From Escherichia phage C130_2: a stretch of DNA of 41,775 nt. The translations under genes were made by a program, and so were the position numbers. Below, piece by piece: positions 32,658 through 41,139 of the stretch (positions within the stretch are counted from its first letter, which is position 1; each line of letters begins with the position of its first letter). The DNA lies in sequence record MH363708; one strand, given 5' to 3'. The notes beneath the pieces are model-generated. The model did no database searches. It saw nothing but the letters and a program-made list of their open reading frames with translations, and was not told the DNA's origin.

Positions 32658-33656
32658 CTATTTCTTACCCGTTCGTTGTTTCAACTGTTTTTTCAGTCGA
32701 ATAACGGCGGTGTAATCGCCTTTTGCGCGGGCGTCGTCAATGGCTTTTTCCAGGCCCAGCACCGTTGAATTGCTGGTGTCGCCCTTCACTTCCGGCGCGG
32801 AACTAACATCCTTGCGGGTCGCAGAAGGTGCGCGCTTCGTGCGCTTGTCAAGATCGGCAATCATATAGCCAAACGCTACCGGATCATTTTCGGCGGTCTG
32901 GATCAACTCCTGCCGCAACTTGGCGTTGCTGCCCAGCGCCATAACCAGCCCCGTTGGGTTTTTGCTGGTCATGAGTACCGCCATACGGATCCCCTGTGGG
33001 ATCTCCGCTGTGGCGATCTGCTCGGCCTTCACGTAGCCTGGTACTTTCTCAACTTTTTTACGCTCTGCCATGTACGCCGTGTTTGCGGTGTTCAGGCGTT
33101 CGCGTAGGGCTTTCTCAGTGGTTTCGCGCTGGCTGTTACGCTGCTGGATCTGGTCGCGGGTTTGTGCCCATTCGTTGATCGCGGCTTCCAGCTTGTCTGA
33201 ATCCCAATCGATCCCCTCGTCGCCTAACTTCGGCATCGGCGGGACTTCTTCGGGCAGGTTCACTGGCGCGGCGGTCTGACTCTTACCGGCTGTCGATTTC
33301 AGCGTTTTAAGCTCGGTGCTGTACTCTTTGAGTTTGCCCCGCAGGTTACGCACCAAATCGGTGTCGCCTTCCTGCTCTTCGAACTCGTCGGCGGCTGGCG
33401 AGGCCAACGGCTGATCGTCAAGGAAAAATTGCAGGGATTCGGGATCTTCTTCCTCTTCCTCTTCGGGATCCTTGCCGGTGTTGCCTTTGTCGTTCCCGTG
33501 CTCGTCGGTTGACTGCTCACGGTTGCGCGTCTGGCTGTCGCGGTTCGTTTCCTGGGTGGAATCGTCGTTGATCTGCTGCTGCATACGCTCGTAAGCGTCT
33601 GCGCCCCCATCTTCCTTGCCGGTCTGGTCGTTTACTGCCTGGTTTCCGAAAGTCAT
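32658..33656 (-). CDS. Scaffolding protein
   Basis: 332 aa, highly charged with predicted coiled coil, directly upstream of the coat gene; AGGAG RBS. Confidence 0.65.
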   Translation of the reverse strand: MTFGNQAVNDQTGKEDGGADAYERMQQQINDDSTQETNRDSQTRNREQSTDEHGNDKGNTGKDPEEEEEEDPESLQFFLDDQPLASPAADEFEEQEGDTDLVRNLRGKLKEYSTELKTLKSTAGKSQTAAPVNLPEEVPPMPKLGDEGIDWDSDKLEAAINEWAQTRDQIQQRNSQRETTEKALRERLNTANTAYMAERKKVEKVPGYVKAEQIATAEIPQGIRMAVLMTSKNPTGLVMALGSNAKLRQELIQTAENDPVAFGYMIADLDKRTKRAPSATRKDVSSAPEVKGDTSNSTVLGLEKAIDDARAKGDYTAVIRLKKQLKQRTGKK

Positions 33657-33726
33657 TAGCTTTTACACTCCTATACGCGATGAATTTTTGTACCCCATCG
33701 GCGGGCAAGGTGAGTGTAAGGCAGTA

Positions 33727-33742
33727 TTTACACCGTTGTAAA
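33727..33742. promoter_or_regulatory. 16-bp palindromic element TTTACACCGTTGTAAA in the scaffold-gene leader
   Basis: Arms TTTACA / TGTAAA; the same element, one central mismatch, occurs at 1267-1282 in the leader of gene 101-1222. Confidence 0.4.
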
Positions 33743-33754
33743 GGTGAATGCACG

Positions 33755-33782
33755 AAAAAATCCACCCAGCAACGGGGCTGGG
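33755..33782 (-). terminator. Intrinsic terminator after gene 33801-34247
   Basis: Minus strand CCCAGC-CCCGTT-GCTGGG followed by TGGATTTTTT. Confidence 0.45.
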
Positions 33783-33800
33783 CAGATTCGGTGGCGGGGT

Positions 33801-34247
33801 TTAGCGGTGGAATACGCCAATAAACTTGCCCAATCGGACGATCTCAGGGCTGATCATCGGGGCGTTGTGTACGGCGTCGGCTGCGGCGGTATTCAGGCGC
33901 GAAAAGTAGCGGATCATGTGCTTCGATACGATCTCAGGGTCGGTGCCCATTTCTTCCGGCACGCAAAACCGCGTTTCGATCATCCGGCGCGGATCGTTAA
34001 CGTCTGCCGCCTGATCTTGCTCAATGGTCACGGTCAACGCCTGATAGGTGATATCCTTCGGCGGCGCTGGGCGCGGGTAAATTACCCCGCTGGCTTCGGC
34101 TTCCTTCCACTTTTTGAGCGCCTCAACGTAAGCGCTGTACTCCTGATCCGACGCTGGCAGGGTGAAGACTGGCCCGCGATCATGATCAAACTGATAGGTG
34201 CGCCCGTTGAGCGCCCCCATTAACATTGTGTAGCGATAAACGGTCAT
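33801..34247 (-). CDS. Hypothetical protein (148 aa), second gene of the insert between portal and scaffold
   Basis: ATG at 34247 with AGGGG RBS. Confidence 0.5.
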   Translation of the reverse strand: MTVYRYTMLMGALNGRTYQFDHDRGPVFTLPASDQEYSAYVEALKKWKEAEASGVIYPRPAPPKDITYQALTVTIEQDQAADVNDPRRMIETRFCVPEEMGTDPEIVSKHMIRYFSRLNTAAADAVHNAPMISPEIVRLGKFIGVFHR

Positions 34248-34256
34248 GGCATCCCC

Positions 34257-34730
34257 TTAGAATGGAATATCAGGATCAAAATCGGCCTTTGGTGCTGCCG
34301 GTACGATCTCCGCGTCCTGCACGTCTTCTGCGCGGCGCGGGTTAACTTCGCGGGCATTGTCTGCCGCTGCCACAAAATCACCCTCCAGCGGGCCTTTGTA
34401 GGTCAGCGCACGAATGCTGGCGATATCGGCAAGGAATTTGGTTTCCTGCACGGTAAAATCAGCGCGCAACTTCTGCAAGCCAGCCTCCATGATCGGCAGA
34501 CTGATCGCCGCTTGCTCTTCGGCGCTCGGCATATCGTAATCAATCGCGCACTCAAACGTTTTTAACAGCACATAGGCTGCGCTTTCGCCACCCTTGCGGA
34601 TATGCTCTTCAACGCTCCAGATCGCGGAGTAGTCGAAGGATTCAACCGATACGGATCCGCGTTTTGGCCCGCCGTTTTTGCCCTCGGCAACGCAAAGGCA
34701 CACGAACAAAGTTTTATTGATAACTGGCAT
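34257..34730 (-). CDS. Protein ending in an SSB-like acidic tip (…ADFDPDIPF), function unknown
   Basis: ATG at 34730 with AGGG RBS; last 8 residues DFDPDIPF match 7 of 8 the SSB tip DFDDDIPF encoded at 19096-19623; the first ~35 residues weakly resemble the first beta-hairpin of SSB. Confidence 0.5.
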   Translation of the reverse strand: MPVINKTLFVCLCVAEGKNGGPKRGSVSVESFDYSAIWSVEEHIRKGGESAAYVLLKTFECAIDYDMPSAEEQAAISLPIMEAGLQKLRADFTVQETKFLADIASIRALTYKGPLEGDFVAAADNAREVNPRRAEDVQDAEIVPAAPKADFDPDIPF

Positions 34731-34774
34731 ATTCTTAACCCTCATGAATTAGTGAAGTGTACGGGCAAAGAATA

Positions 34775-34813
34775 GCCCGCCGAAGCGGGCTTGTCTTTAG
34801 CAAAAAGTGCTAT
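34775..34813 (-). promoter_or_regulatory. Inverted-repeat motif copy (site E) plus UUCG hairpin at the portal / insert junction
   Basis: Minus strand ATAGCACTTTTTGCTAAAG overlapping the portal stop codon, followed by GCCCGC-TTCG-GCGGGC; no TATATAG element here. Confidence 0.4.
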
Positions 34814-37050
34814 TGCTGCGGTTGCTGGGTTGCGGTCTGCTGCGCGGCAGATAACAGGCGATCCGCTTCGCGGTTGTCTTGCTCCTGCTGCTGCTGTCCG
34901 AAGCTCTGCAAAAGCTGGATAACCTGCACCAACTGGTTGTGCTCCACGCCCGCTGCGTCTGCCAGCGTCTTGATCGTCTGCGCCTCGGTCAAGCGTCCAT
35001 CCTGGGCGGCTTTGTTGGCGTCCACGTTCAGTTTCAGCGCTTTCAGTTGCAGATCCAAATGCTTGTTTTGCTCGCCCATCAAGGCTGCATCGCCTTTCTT
35101 GTTCTCTGCGATTGCCAGTTGGGTTGCGGCGTCCGGCTGCTGGTTCTGCTTCGACTGCTCCAGCATGGCTTTTTCTTCGTCCGTTTCCGGCTTGATCACA
35201 CCCTGCAAGATCATCTGATTGCGGGCGTACTCGCGGAAGTCCTGCATTCCCTCGCCGTCCATGTTCATGATGATCAGCGCCGCAACAATCGCAGCATTTG
35301 GGCTGGCGTCGCCCATCGTGGCAAGCAAGTTGGTCAGGTTGCGCACGGTGGCTTGACGGCGCGTTGTGCTCGCCTCGCCCACATCGGCTTCAACCTCATA
35401 GCGCCCCTGCGAAAGATCGTTGAGGCCGATCTCTTCTTTCGTGGTGCGGTCAATGATCTTGCCGTCCATCAATACGAACTCATCCGATCCGTCTTCCTGC
35501 ACGATTCGAATATAATCGGTTGATCCGTACACCTCGCGCGCCATTTCACGCCATACGCGCCCCGCGTGGCGCAGGGATTTTGCGAGGTTGTCCATATACA
35601 GCGCGCCTTGCCCGTCCATGCGGGAGAAAATCGCCTCAACGGTTTCCGTTGCCAGGTTGCTTGGCATGTTCTCAAGCTGGCTGGCCCCTACGATCTGTTG
35701 AATCGTGCCGCCCGTGTATTGCAGGATCGCTGCAACGGCTGGGCTTAGTGGGGTTGTCGGGGTGAAGTTGATCACCTGCCCTGCGGCAATAACATTGCCG
35801 TCAGCGTCGCGCAACGAGTCAACCGGCAGGAATGCTGGTCGATCAGTGTTACGATCCCCCCACGCCTGAGCCAGCGGGCCTGGGATCATGTTGATATCCA
35901 CAATCGGGATATTATCGCCGCCACACTGCGCCGCGTTGTCAGCCAGCATGGACACGATCAGGTTTTCCAGGCGCTGCGCATCAACGGCTAACGTAGCGTG
36001 ACCGGCGATCCGCTCCTTGTTGTCCACGAACGAACGGCGGGCATACACGGGGATCAGCGGAATATAACAGCCTGGCAAGCGCTTTGGCTTCTCGATCCAC
36101 TCGCCACCCGATAGGATCCCGCAGTAAACGCGCGGCTTTTTGACGGTGCGGCGGCTCTGCTCTTCAAATCCGCTTTCGCTCAACTCGTCTTTGATATCCT
36201 CGATCTGCTCTTCGTCGTAAACAACGGTTTGCTGCGTGATCGGGTTCAGGTAGCTAACCACGTCCACATCTTCGATCCGCTTCTCGTAGTAGCGCGCCAG
36301 GTAAACAACGTTCGGCGTTACCCAATCAAACTGCTTGCCGGTGTCGATGGTTTCCAGCGCGGCTGGCGGCAGGGCGTCTGGATATTGATCTTCGAAGCTG
36401 TCACGATCCAGGCTGTAAAGCTCGGTGGCCCACATAGCATCACTGCGATCATACTGCTTGCTGTTCTGGTCAAAGAAGACGCACGACGCCGGATCATAGA
36501 CCGGATAGAAACGAATGTTTCGTTGCACGCTTTCGGGGTTGAATGCGTCTTCCTCTTCGGTGTCCATGCGGAAGCAACCAAAGCCGCCCGTTACCGCATC
36601 ATCAAAAGCGTTGTCGATAGCCTCGCCGCCGCTGGACTCGTTGAAGTCGGCGCGAAACTTGCCATTCATCTTGTCGGCTAACTCGTCGGACGCGGCCCCA
36701 TCCTTCGGACGGAATACCACGTTGATCCGGTTCTGGCGGTAGTCGGTAATGATGCGATCAACTTCGCGCGCCAGCTTGTTCAGCTCAAAGCGCGGGTATT
36801 TTTCAAAGCGTTTATCGTCCATCGCCCAACCGGCAGACGTGCTGCCTTCCCACTGCGCACCAACGACACGAACAAAGCGCAGCACTTCGATCATCTTCTT
36901 GCGCGTAGTCTCTTCATTCGCGTACTGTTGCCCAATGCGCTTGCGGGCACGTTCAAAGCAAGCCTCGTCGCGCTTGGTCTGCTCTGCCGCCTCGCGGTTG
37001 CGCTGGCGCGTTTCGCGTGCCTTCTGCGCTGGGGTTTTGCTATTCGCCAT
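34810..37050 (-). CDS. Portal protein
   Basis: 746 aa, GGGAG RBS, directly downstream of the large terminase; size and position as P22 gp1. Confidence 0.8.
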   Translation of the reverse strand: MANSKTPAQKARETRQRNREAAEQTKRDEACFERARKRIGQQYANEETTRKKMIEVLRFVRVVGAQWEGSTSAGWAMDDKRFEKYPRFELNKLAREVDRIITDYRQNRINVVFRPKDGAASDELADKMNGKFRADFNESSGGEAIDNAFDDAVTGGFGCFRMDTEEEDAFNPESVQRNIRFYPVYDPASCVFFDQNSKQYDRSDAMWATELYSLDRDSFEDQYPDALPPAALETIDTGKQFDWVTPNVVYLARYYEKRIEDVDVVSYLNPITQQTVVYDEEQIEDIKDELSESGFEEQSRRTVKKPRVYCGILSGGEWIEKPKRLPGCYIPLIPVYARRSFVDNKERIAGHATLAVDAQRLENLIVSMLADNAAQCGGDNIPIVDINMIPGPLAQAWGDRNTDRPAFLPVDSLRDADGNVIAAGQVINFTPTTPLSPAVAAILQYTGGTIQQIVGASQLENMPSNLATETVEAIFSRMDGQGALYMDNLAKSLRHAGRVWREMAREVYGSTDYIRIVQEDGSDEFVLMDGKIIDRTTKEEIGLNDLSQGRYEVEADVGEASTTRRQATVRNLTNLLATMGDASPNAAIVAALIIMNMDGEGMQDFREYARNQMILQGVIKPETDEEKAMLEQSKQNQQPDAATQLAIAENKKGDAALMGEQNKHLDLQLKALKLNVDANKAAQDGRLTEAQTIKTLADAAGVEHNQLVQVIQLLQSFGQQQQEQDNREADRLLSAAQQTATQQPQQ

Positions 37051-37098
37051 TTGTCGGCACTCCCTCTGGTTTCATCTGGATATCACCACGGGGCAAAA

Positions 37099-37143
37099 AT
37101 AGCACAAATTGCTAAAACATTTCACGGATTAATGATTATAGTA
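37099..37143 (+). promoter_or_regulatory. Promoter-like bipartite element (site G) driving a plus-strand ORF inside the late region
   Basis: ATAGCACAAATTGCTAAAACA, 18-bp spacer, then TGATTATAGTA (contains the TATAGT hexamer). Confidence 0.45.
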
Positions 37144-37176
37144 AACGCACATTCACTGATTAATGAGGCAAGAAAA

Positions 37177-37380
37177 ATGGGAATCGAAATTACTGTGGGC
37201 CTGTTGTTGATGCGCGTTGCTTGCGCGCTGGTGGTTGGTCTGGCTGCGGGCCGCATTGGTCGCCGTGGCTGGCTGTGGGCACTCGTCACACTGGCTGGCG
37301 GCGTGATCATCGGCCTGGGCGGTCTGTTCATTGCCGAAGTGGTGAAGGCGCGGGCCAAAAAATCCCGCGTGCCGGCGTGA
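37177..37380 (+). CDS. Small two-helix membrane protein (67 aa) transcribed antisense to the late operon
   Basis: ATG at 37177 with GAGG RBS; two hydrophobic helices (ITVGLLLMRVACALVVGLAAG, WLWALVTLAGGVIIGLGGLFIA) and a basic C-terminus; lies between the terminase and portal genes. Confidence 0.5.
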   Translation: MGIEITVGLLLMRVACALVVGLAAGRIGRRGWLWALVTLAGGVIIGLGGLFIAEVVKARAKKSRVPA

Positions 37381-37501
37381 GTGGGATCAACCCAATAACG
37401 CTGGCTATCCGCACCGCTCATGAGCGCAACGCGCTTGATCGATGGGTGGCATACGTTAACGCGGCGTTGGCGTTCAGGGCTGAAATGATGCGATTGTTTG
37501 A

Positions 37502-37518
37502 GGGGCCATAATGGCCCC
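37502..37518. other. GC-rich hairpin GGGGCCATAATGGCCCC between the terminase and portal genes
   Basis: Perfect 6-bp stem; could terminate the antisense small-ORF transcript or act as a processing or attenuation site in the late transcript. Confidence 0.4.
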
Positions 37519-37524
37519 CTTTGC

Positions 37525-39147
37525 TTATCGGTTGGACGGCACCCGCAGGTTGCTATAGTCCGGCCTGATCTGCGGCTTCGGCGGCTGCATCGTCATGATC
37601 AGACTATCTGCCATGCCTGGTGAGCGGATCTTCAACTTCTCGCGCATTTGCTTTTTCGGCATCCTGCGGAATTTCCCGTTGTTGTCGTAGATACGGGGGA
37701 TCCTGCATAGCTCGGCGCGTAGCTGGGCCATAAATTCACCGATCCCCTCGCTGTCCAGACTGATCAACTCGTCGGGGTTGCTGTACTCCCCGTGCTCAAT
37801 CGCCCTGTATGTCTTTTCAAAGCGACGGCGTAACAGGTAGATATCCTGCGATCCCCTGTCACCAAACTGATCTTTGTTTTTGCGGGTGTTGCGCCCCTCG
37901 GCCTCCTTGTTTAGCCAGTTGTCCAACTCCACTGGCGCTTCGGGATTCTTCACGCCTTCACCGGCCTTGTATTCGTCCACCAGCACGGCAGTATCTTTGT
38001 AAGCCGTGGTGATATCGCGGCGCAGGGCTGCGCCCAGGCCGGAACCATCCCAAAGGAACATATTCACGCCGTGCGCCTTCGCCCAGGTGATCGCCTTGTC
38101 GGCTGAGTCGTTGGCGTCGCCGTCATACCAGGATTGAGCGAAGCAAACAACGCTGCCGTGCCGCTCAATGTACGCCTTGTTATCTTTCCCCACGTCTGCT
38201 GGGTCAAGTGCTGCGATGCGTGCGCCGGTAGGCTTCCAGCCCATTTTCTTATGCGCATCAATGGCGGCATCGAACCATTCAGCCGGAATGATCGCATCTT
38301 CTACGCTGTCGTTAAATGCGCCGTGCCAGATATGATCGAACAAGGCGCGGGAAAGCGTCTTCCGATCAAACTCCATTTCGGCGCGCAGGGCTTCGGGGAA
38401 CCACGGGTTTTTGTCGTAGTTCACTTTGATAACGAGGTGTAGATCATCCTCGTAGATCCCTTTGGCGTCCAGTTCATGCAGGAACGGCACAATAAAGCGC
38501 TGCGAGAATGGATCCTCGCTGCTGCCTGGGTTGGCGGTAAAGATCATGCGCCCGCCTTCCTCGCGCATGGTCGGGGTCAGCTTGCGCAGACTGTCGGCGC
38601 TGAATGTCTGCGACTCTTCACCCCAAAAGCGGGTAAAGCCAAACGCCGATTTTACGCCGTCAGGGTCACGGGCCATGCCTTTAAAGCGGTGCCCGCCGCC
38701 GTTGGCGTGCCTGATCTCGTCGCGCAGGAACTCCAGCCCCTCGATCCCCTGCTTCTCGGCGCACGCCTTTAACAGCGGGTAAACGGAATCTTTGATCGAT
38801 GATTGGAACTCACGGAGGTTGAGCACCTTTGCTGCGTAGTCGTCAACGTCAGCATTGACGATGCGGCCCACGCTTTCTGACTTGCCGGAACCACGGCCCC
38901 CGATGATAACGATAAATCGTTTTGGGCGGGTCAATACCGGCTCCATGACTTCGGGGATCGTCACGGTGTGCGGCTCGGTTGTTTCCACCCAGCGACGGCC
39001 CACGCGCTTAATATTCTTGACGTGGATCGGCATGAAGTCAGACGGGCGATAGATACCGAAAACCGTTTGGGTGTGCGTTTCGATATGGCGCGCCCTCGCC
39101 TCTGCCTGGTTCGTCCGGCGCATAATGTCTTTGAGGTTACGCCCCAT
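37525..39147 (-). CDS. Terminase large subunit
   Basis: 540 aa; Walker A IIGGRGSGKS near the N-terminus, nuclease-like C-terminal half; GAGGA RBS; immediately upstream of the portal gene. Confidence 0.85.
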   Translation of the reverse strand: MGRNLKDIMRRTNQAEARARHIETHTQTVFGIYRPSDFMPIHVKNIKRVGRRWVETTEPHTVTIPEVMEPVLTRPKRFIVIIGGRGSGKSESVGRIVNADVDDYAAKVLNLREFQSSIKDSVYPLLKACAEKQGIEGLEFLRDEIRHANGGGHRFKGMARDPDGVKSAFGFTRFWGEESQTFSADSLRKLTPTMREEGGRMIFTANPGSSEDPFSQRFIVPFLHELDAKGIYEDDLHLVIKVNYDKNPWFPEALRAEMEFDRKTLSRALFDHIWHGAFNDSVEDAIIPAEWFDAAIDAHKKMGWKPTGARIAALDPADVGKDNKAYIERHGSVVCFAQSWYDGDANDSADKAITWAKAHGVNMFLWDGSGLGAALRRDITTAYKDTAVLVDEYKAGEGVKNPEAPVELDNWLNKEAEGRNTRKNKDQFGDRGSQDIYLLRRRFEKTYRAIEHGEYSNPDELISLDSEGIGEFMAQLRAELCRIPRIYDNNGKFRRMPKKQMREKLKIRSPGMADSLIMTMQPPKPQIRPDYSNLRVPSNR

Positions 39148-39568
39148 TCCTGATCATCCTCTCAATGCCCCATAGTGTGCGCACCACGATCATTTCAATG
39201 GCGTATGCCTGGTATTCGTCATTCTCCAGATCCCATTCCTGCCCGCGTGATCGGAAAATGCTGTTAAGCGTGTGGATCGCCTCATGCGCCACCCGCCCTG
39301 CCACTATGGCTGGATCGGCGTCCATCTTCACACTGAGGACGGCAAGATCCCAATTGTCCGGGGTTTGGTATGGCTGGAAGCTGGCACCGTAAGGGCGTCC
39401 GTCTTCCAGGTCTGGCAGGATATCGCGGATCGCGTCGAAGTCTTCCAGAAGATGCACGACAAGCTGCACCCGCCAGGGGTGCAACTCATAGACGTAAAAG
39501 CCAGCCGCTTCTAACTGCTGGATCGTGTTTTTATTCCGCTTCTGTCGTGGTGTCAGTGTCCGTGCCAT
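39137..39568 (-). CDS. Hypothetical protein with HEAIH (HExxH) motif; possible small terminase by position
   Basis: ATG at 39568 with GGAGAG RBS; overlaps the large-terminase start by 11 nt; no recognisable small-terminase motif. Confidence 0.4.
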   Translation of the reverse strand: MARTLTPRQKRNKNTIQQLEAAGFYVYELHPWRVQLVVHLLEDFDAIRDILPDLEDGRPYGASFQPYQTPDNWDLAVLSVKMDADPAIVAGRVAHEAIHTLNSIFRSRGQEWDLENDEYQAYAIEMIVVRTLWGIERMIRNGA

Positions 39569-40124
39569 GCTCGATCTCTCCGCGTTTCGCTGCTTCTGCC
39601 TCTGCCTGGCGGCGTTCGATCTCGTCCAGACGTTCAAGGATCCCGCTGATTTCCTGCACCTCGGCACCCTTCTTGAAGATATCGATCAGGGCGTGCGCGG
39701 CATCAATCGGGATCTCACCCTTCGCCACTGCCACCATGATCGCATCAATGCGCTGGTTTGGTGTCCAGGTCGGATCAAAGTCAAATTCGAAGTGCGGCAT
39801 GGTTGGGCGCTGATACGGGATCAGGCGGGCCAAAATGTCACGGTACATGGAAGGATCTTTCCAGGCCAACTGCAAGCCGCGCTGAATGAAAAGCTCTTCT
39901 GTGAGCGTCACCTCTTCCATCTGGCCTTCGGCGTTCAGTTGCTTAACCTTGACCGTTTGCAGGGCTTGCAATAGCAGGGTGCGGAATTGTGGCCCGCGCT
40001 TCTGGTTGCGTGGGCTTTTCGGTGGCGGGTTATCCTCGCCAAACTTCTTGCCCTCGCCACGGCCTTTGCCTGGGCCTTGCTGTGGGCCATCGTCGATCAG
40101 GGGGTCTTTGTCGTGGTCGATCAT
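39531..40124 (-). CDS. Hypothetical protein (197 aa); alternative small-terminase candidate
   Basis: Basic Gly/Pro-rich N-terminus, acidic C-terminus; weak RBS; overlaps the downstream gene by 38 nt. Confidence 0.4.
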   Translation of the reverse strand: MIDHDKDPLIDDGPQQGPGKGRGEGKKFGEDNPPPKSPRNQKRGPQFRTLLLQALQTVKVKQLNAEGQMEEVTLTEELFIQRGLQLAWKDPSMYRDILARLIPYQRPTMPHFEFDFDPTWTPNQRIDAIMVAVAKGEIPIDAAHALIDIFKKGAEVQEISGILERLDEIERRQAEAEAAKRGEIEHGTDTDTTTEAE

Positions 40125-40166
40125 TTTCGCTTCATTCTCTCATGATTACATGGTTGAAGCGATTAT

Positions 40167-40180
40167 GGGCCAAAAGGCCC
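40167..40180 (-). other. Hairpin GGGCCAAAAGGCCC
   Basis: Perfect 5-bp stem between genes 40188-40547 and 39531-40124. Confidence 0.3.
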
Positions 40181-40187
40181 AATAAGA

Positions 40188-40547
40188 TCAATCAGAGTGG
40201 GAACTATGACCGGCGCGCGGTTGCGGGGTCAGGTCGATCCAGGCGATTTCCTCCGGCGTTATGTCCACCAGCGGCGCGCCTCGGTGGTTGAATGCGTGCG
40301 GGTCGGCCTTCTTCGACTCATACCCACGAAAGCGGCGGTTTTTGTTGTACTCCCTCGCATACAGCCTGGAACAATCAACGCACTTTCCGCTGCTGGTGAA
40401 GAATCCGGCGCTGTGCCCGTCAATCTGGCAACCCTGCTGGGGGTGGTAGATCTTCGCCTTCAATAGCCGCGCCTCTGCCCTGCTCTTCGGGTGCCGCGTA
40501 GTCAATCCCGCTGGCTTCCTGCTCTGCCAATCGTTCGTATTCCCCAT
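40188..40547 (-). CDS. Hypothetical Cys-containing protein (119 aa); conflicts with 40420-40620
   Basis: ATG at 40547 with AAGGGG upstream; Cys/His cluster (CQIDGH...CVDC). Overlaps the alternative ORF by 128 nt. Confidence 0.3.
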   Translation of the reverse strand: MGNTNDWQSRKPAGLTTRHPKSRAEARLLKAKIYHPQQGCQIDGHSAGFFTSSGKCVDCSRLYAREYNKNRRFRGYESKKADPHAFNHRGAPLVDITPEEIAWIDLTPQPRAGHSSHSD

Positions 40548-40620
40548 CAATGGTGATCCCCTTCTCAATGCGTAGGGGGCCGGACACGGCCCCGCATACT
40601 TGATAAGCGATGCCGCCCAT
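40420..40620 (-). CDS. Hypothetical acidic protein (66 aa); conflicts with 40188-40547
   Basis: ATG at 40620 forms a TGATG overlap with the upstream gene stop (translational coupling). Confidence 0.3.
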   Translation of the reverse strand: MGGIAYQVCGAVSGPLRIEKGITIDGEYERLAEQEASGIDYAAPEEQGRGAAIEGEDLPPPAGLPD

Positions 40621-40865
40621 CAGCCTAACCAATCCACGGGGCGCACGTCACACAACAACCGTGAGTTTTCAACGTTCACGCCGTCTGCCGATCCGCGCAC
40701 CTGGATAAAGATCCGATGGTACGCCTTATCGCCGTTAAGGCTGGGCTTTATGTCGTAGCCGGTTACGCGGTGCGCTACCCAGCGATCAACGCTGGAAAGG
40801 TGGATCAGCACGTCACAACCCACGGGCGGCAACTGCTCACCATCCCAAATCTGTTTCATGCCCAT
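40620..40865 (-). CDS. Hypothetical protein (81 aa)
   Basis: ATG at 40865 with AGGAG RBS. Confidence 0.5.
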   Translation of the reverse strand: MGMKQIWDGEQLPPVGCDVLIHLSSVDRWVAHRVTGYDIKPSLNGDKAYHRIFIQVRGSADGVNVENSRLLCDVRPVDWLG

Positions 40866-40870
40866 TGTGA

Positions 40871-41137
40871 TCAGTCTCCTAACAAGCGGCGGCGCATTTC
40901 GGCAAGGGCTTGCACCGCCTGGGCAACGTCAGCCCGTGACGCAAGCCCGCTGATAATCTGGAAGGCTTCGGGGTGATTGATCGCCCACTCAAGCTGGCGC
41001 GCCTCCAGGCTGGAAAGCTCGGAGATCCGCCCGTCTGCCGTCTTCACGATCAGCAATGCCCGCGAATCATCCCAAATGGCGCGGGTGCGCCCCTCGTCGT
41101 TCTCAAGCTCGGTGGCTAGTGTCGTGCCCTTGCTCAT
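40871..41137 (-). CDS. Hypothetical protein (88 aa)
   Basis: ATG at 41137 with GGGG RBS, 2 nt after the upstream stop. Confidence 0.5.
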   Translation of the reverse strand: MSKGTTLATELENDEGRTRAIWDDSRALLIVKTADGRISELSSLEARQLEWAINHPEAFQIISGLASRADVAQAVQALAEMRRRLLGD

Positions 41138-41139
41138 GA

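Noticed and set aside
40188-40547. HNH endonuclease assignment for the Cys/His-containing ORF upstream of the terminase region
   Set aside because: The Cys/His spacing (CQIDGH...CVDC) does not fit the HNH core, and the ORF itself conflicts with an overlapping alternative.
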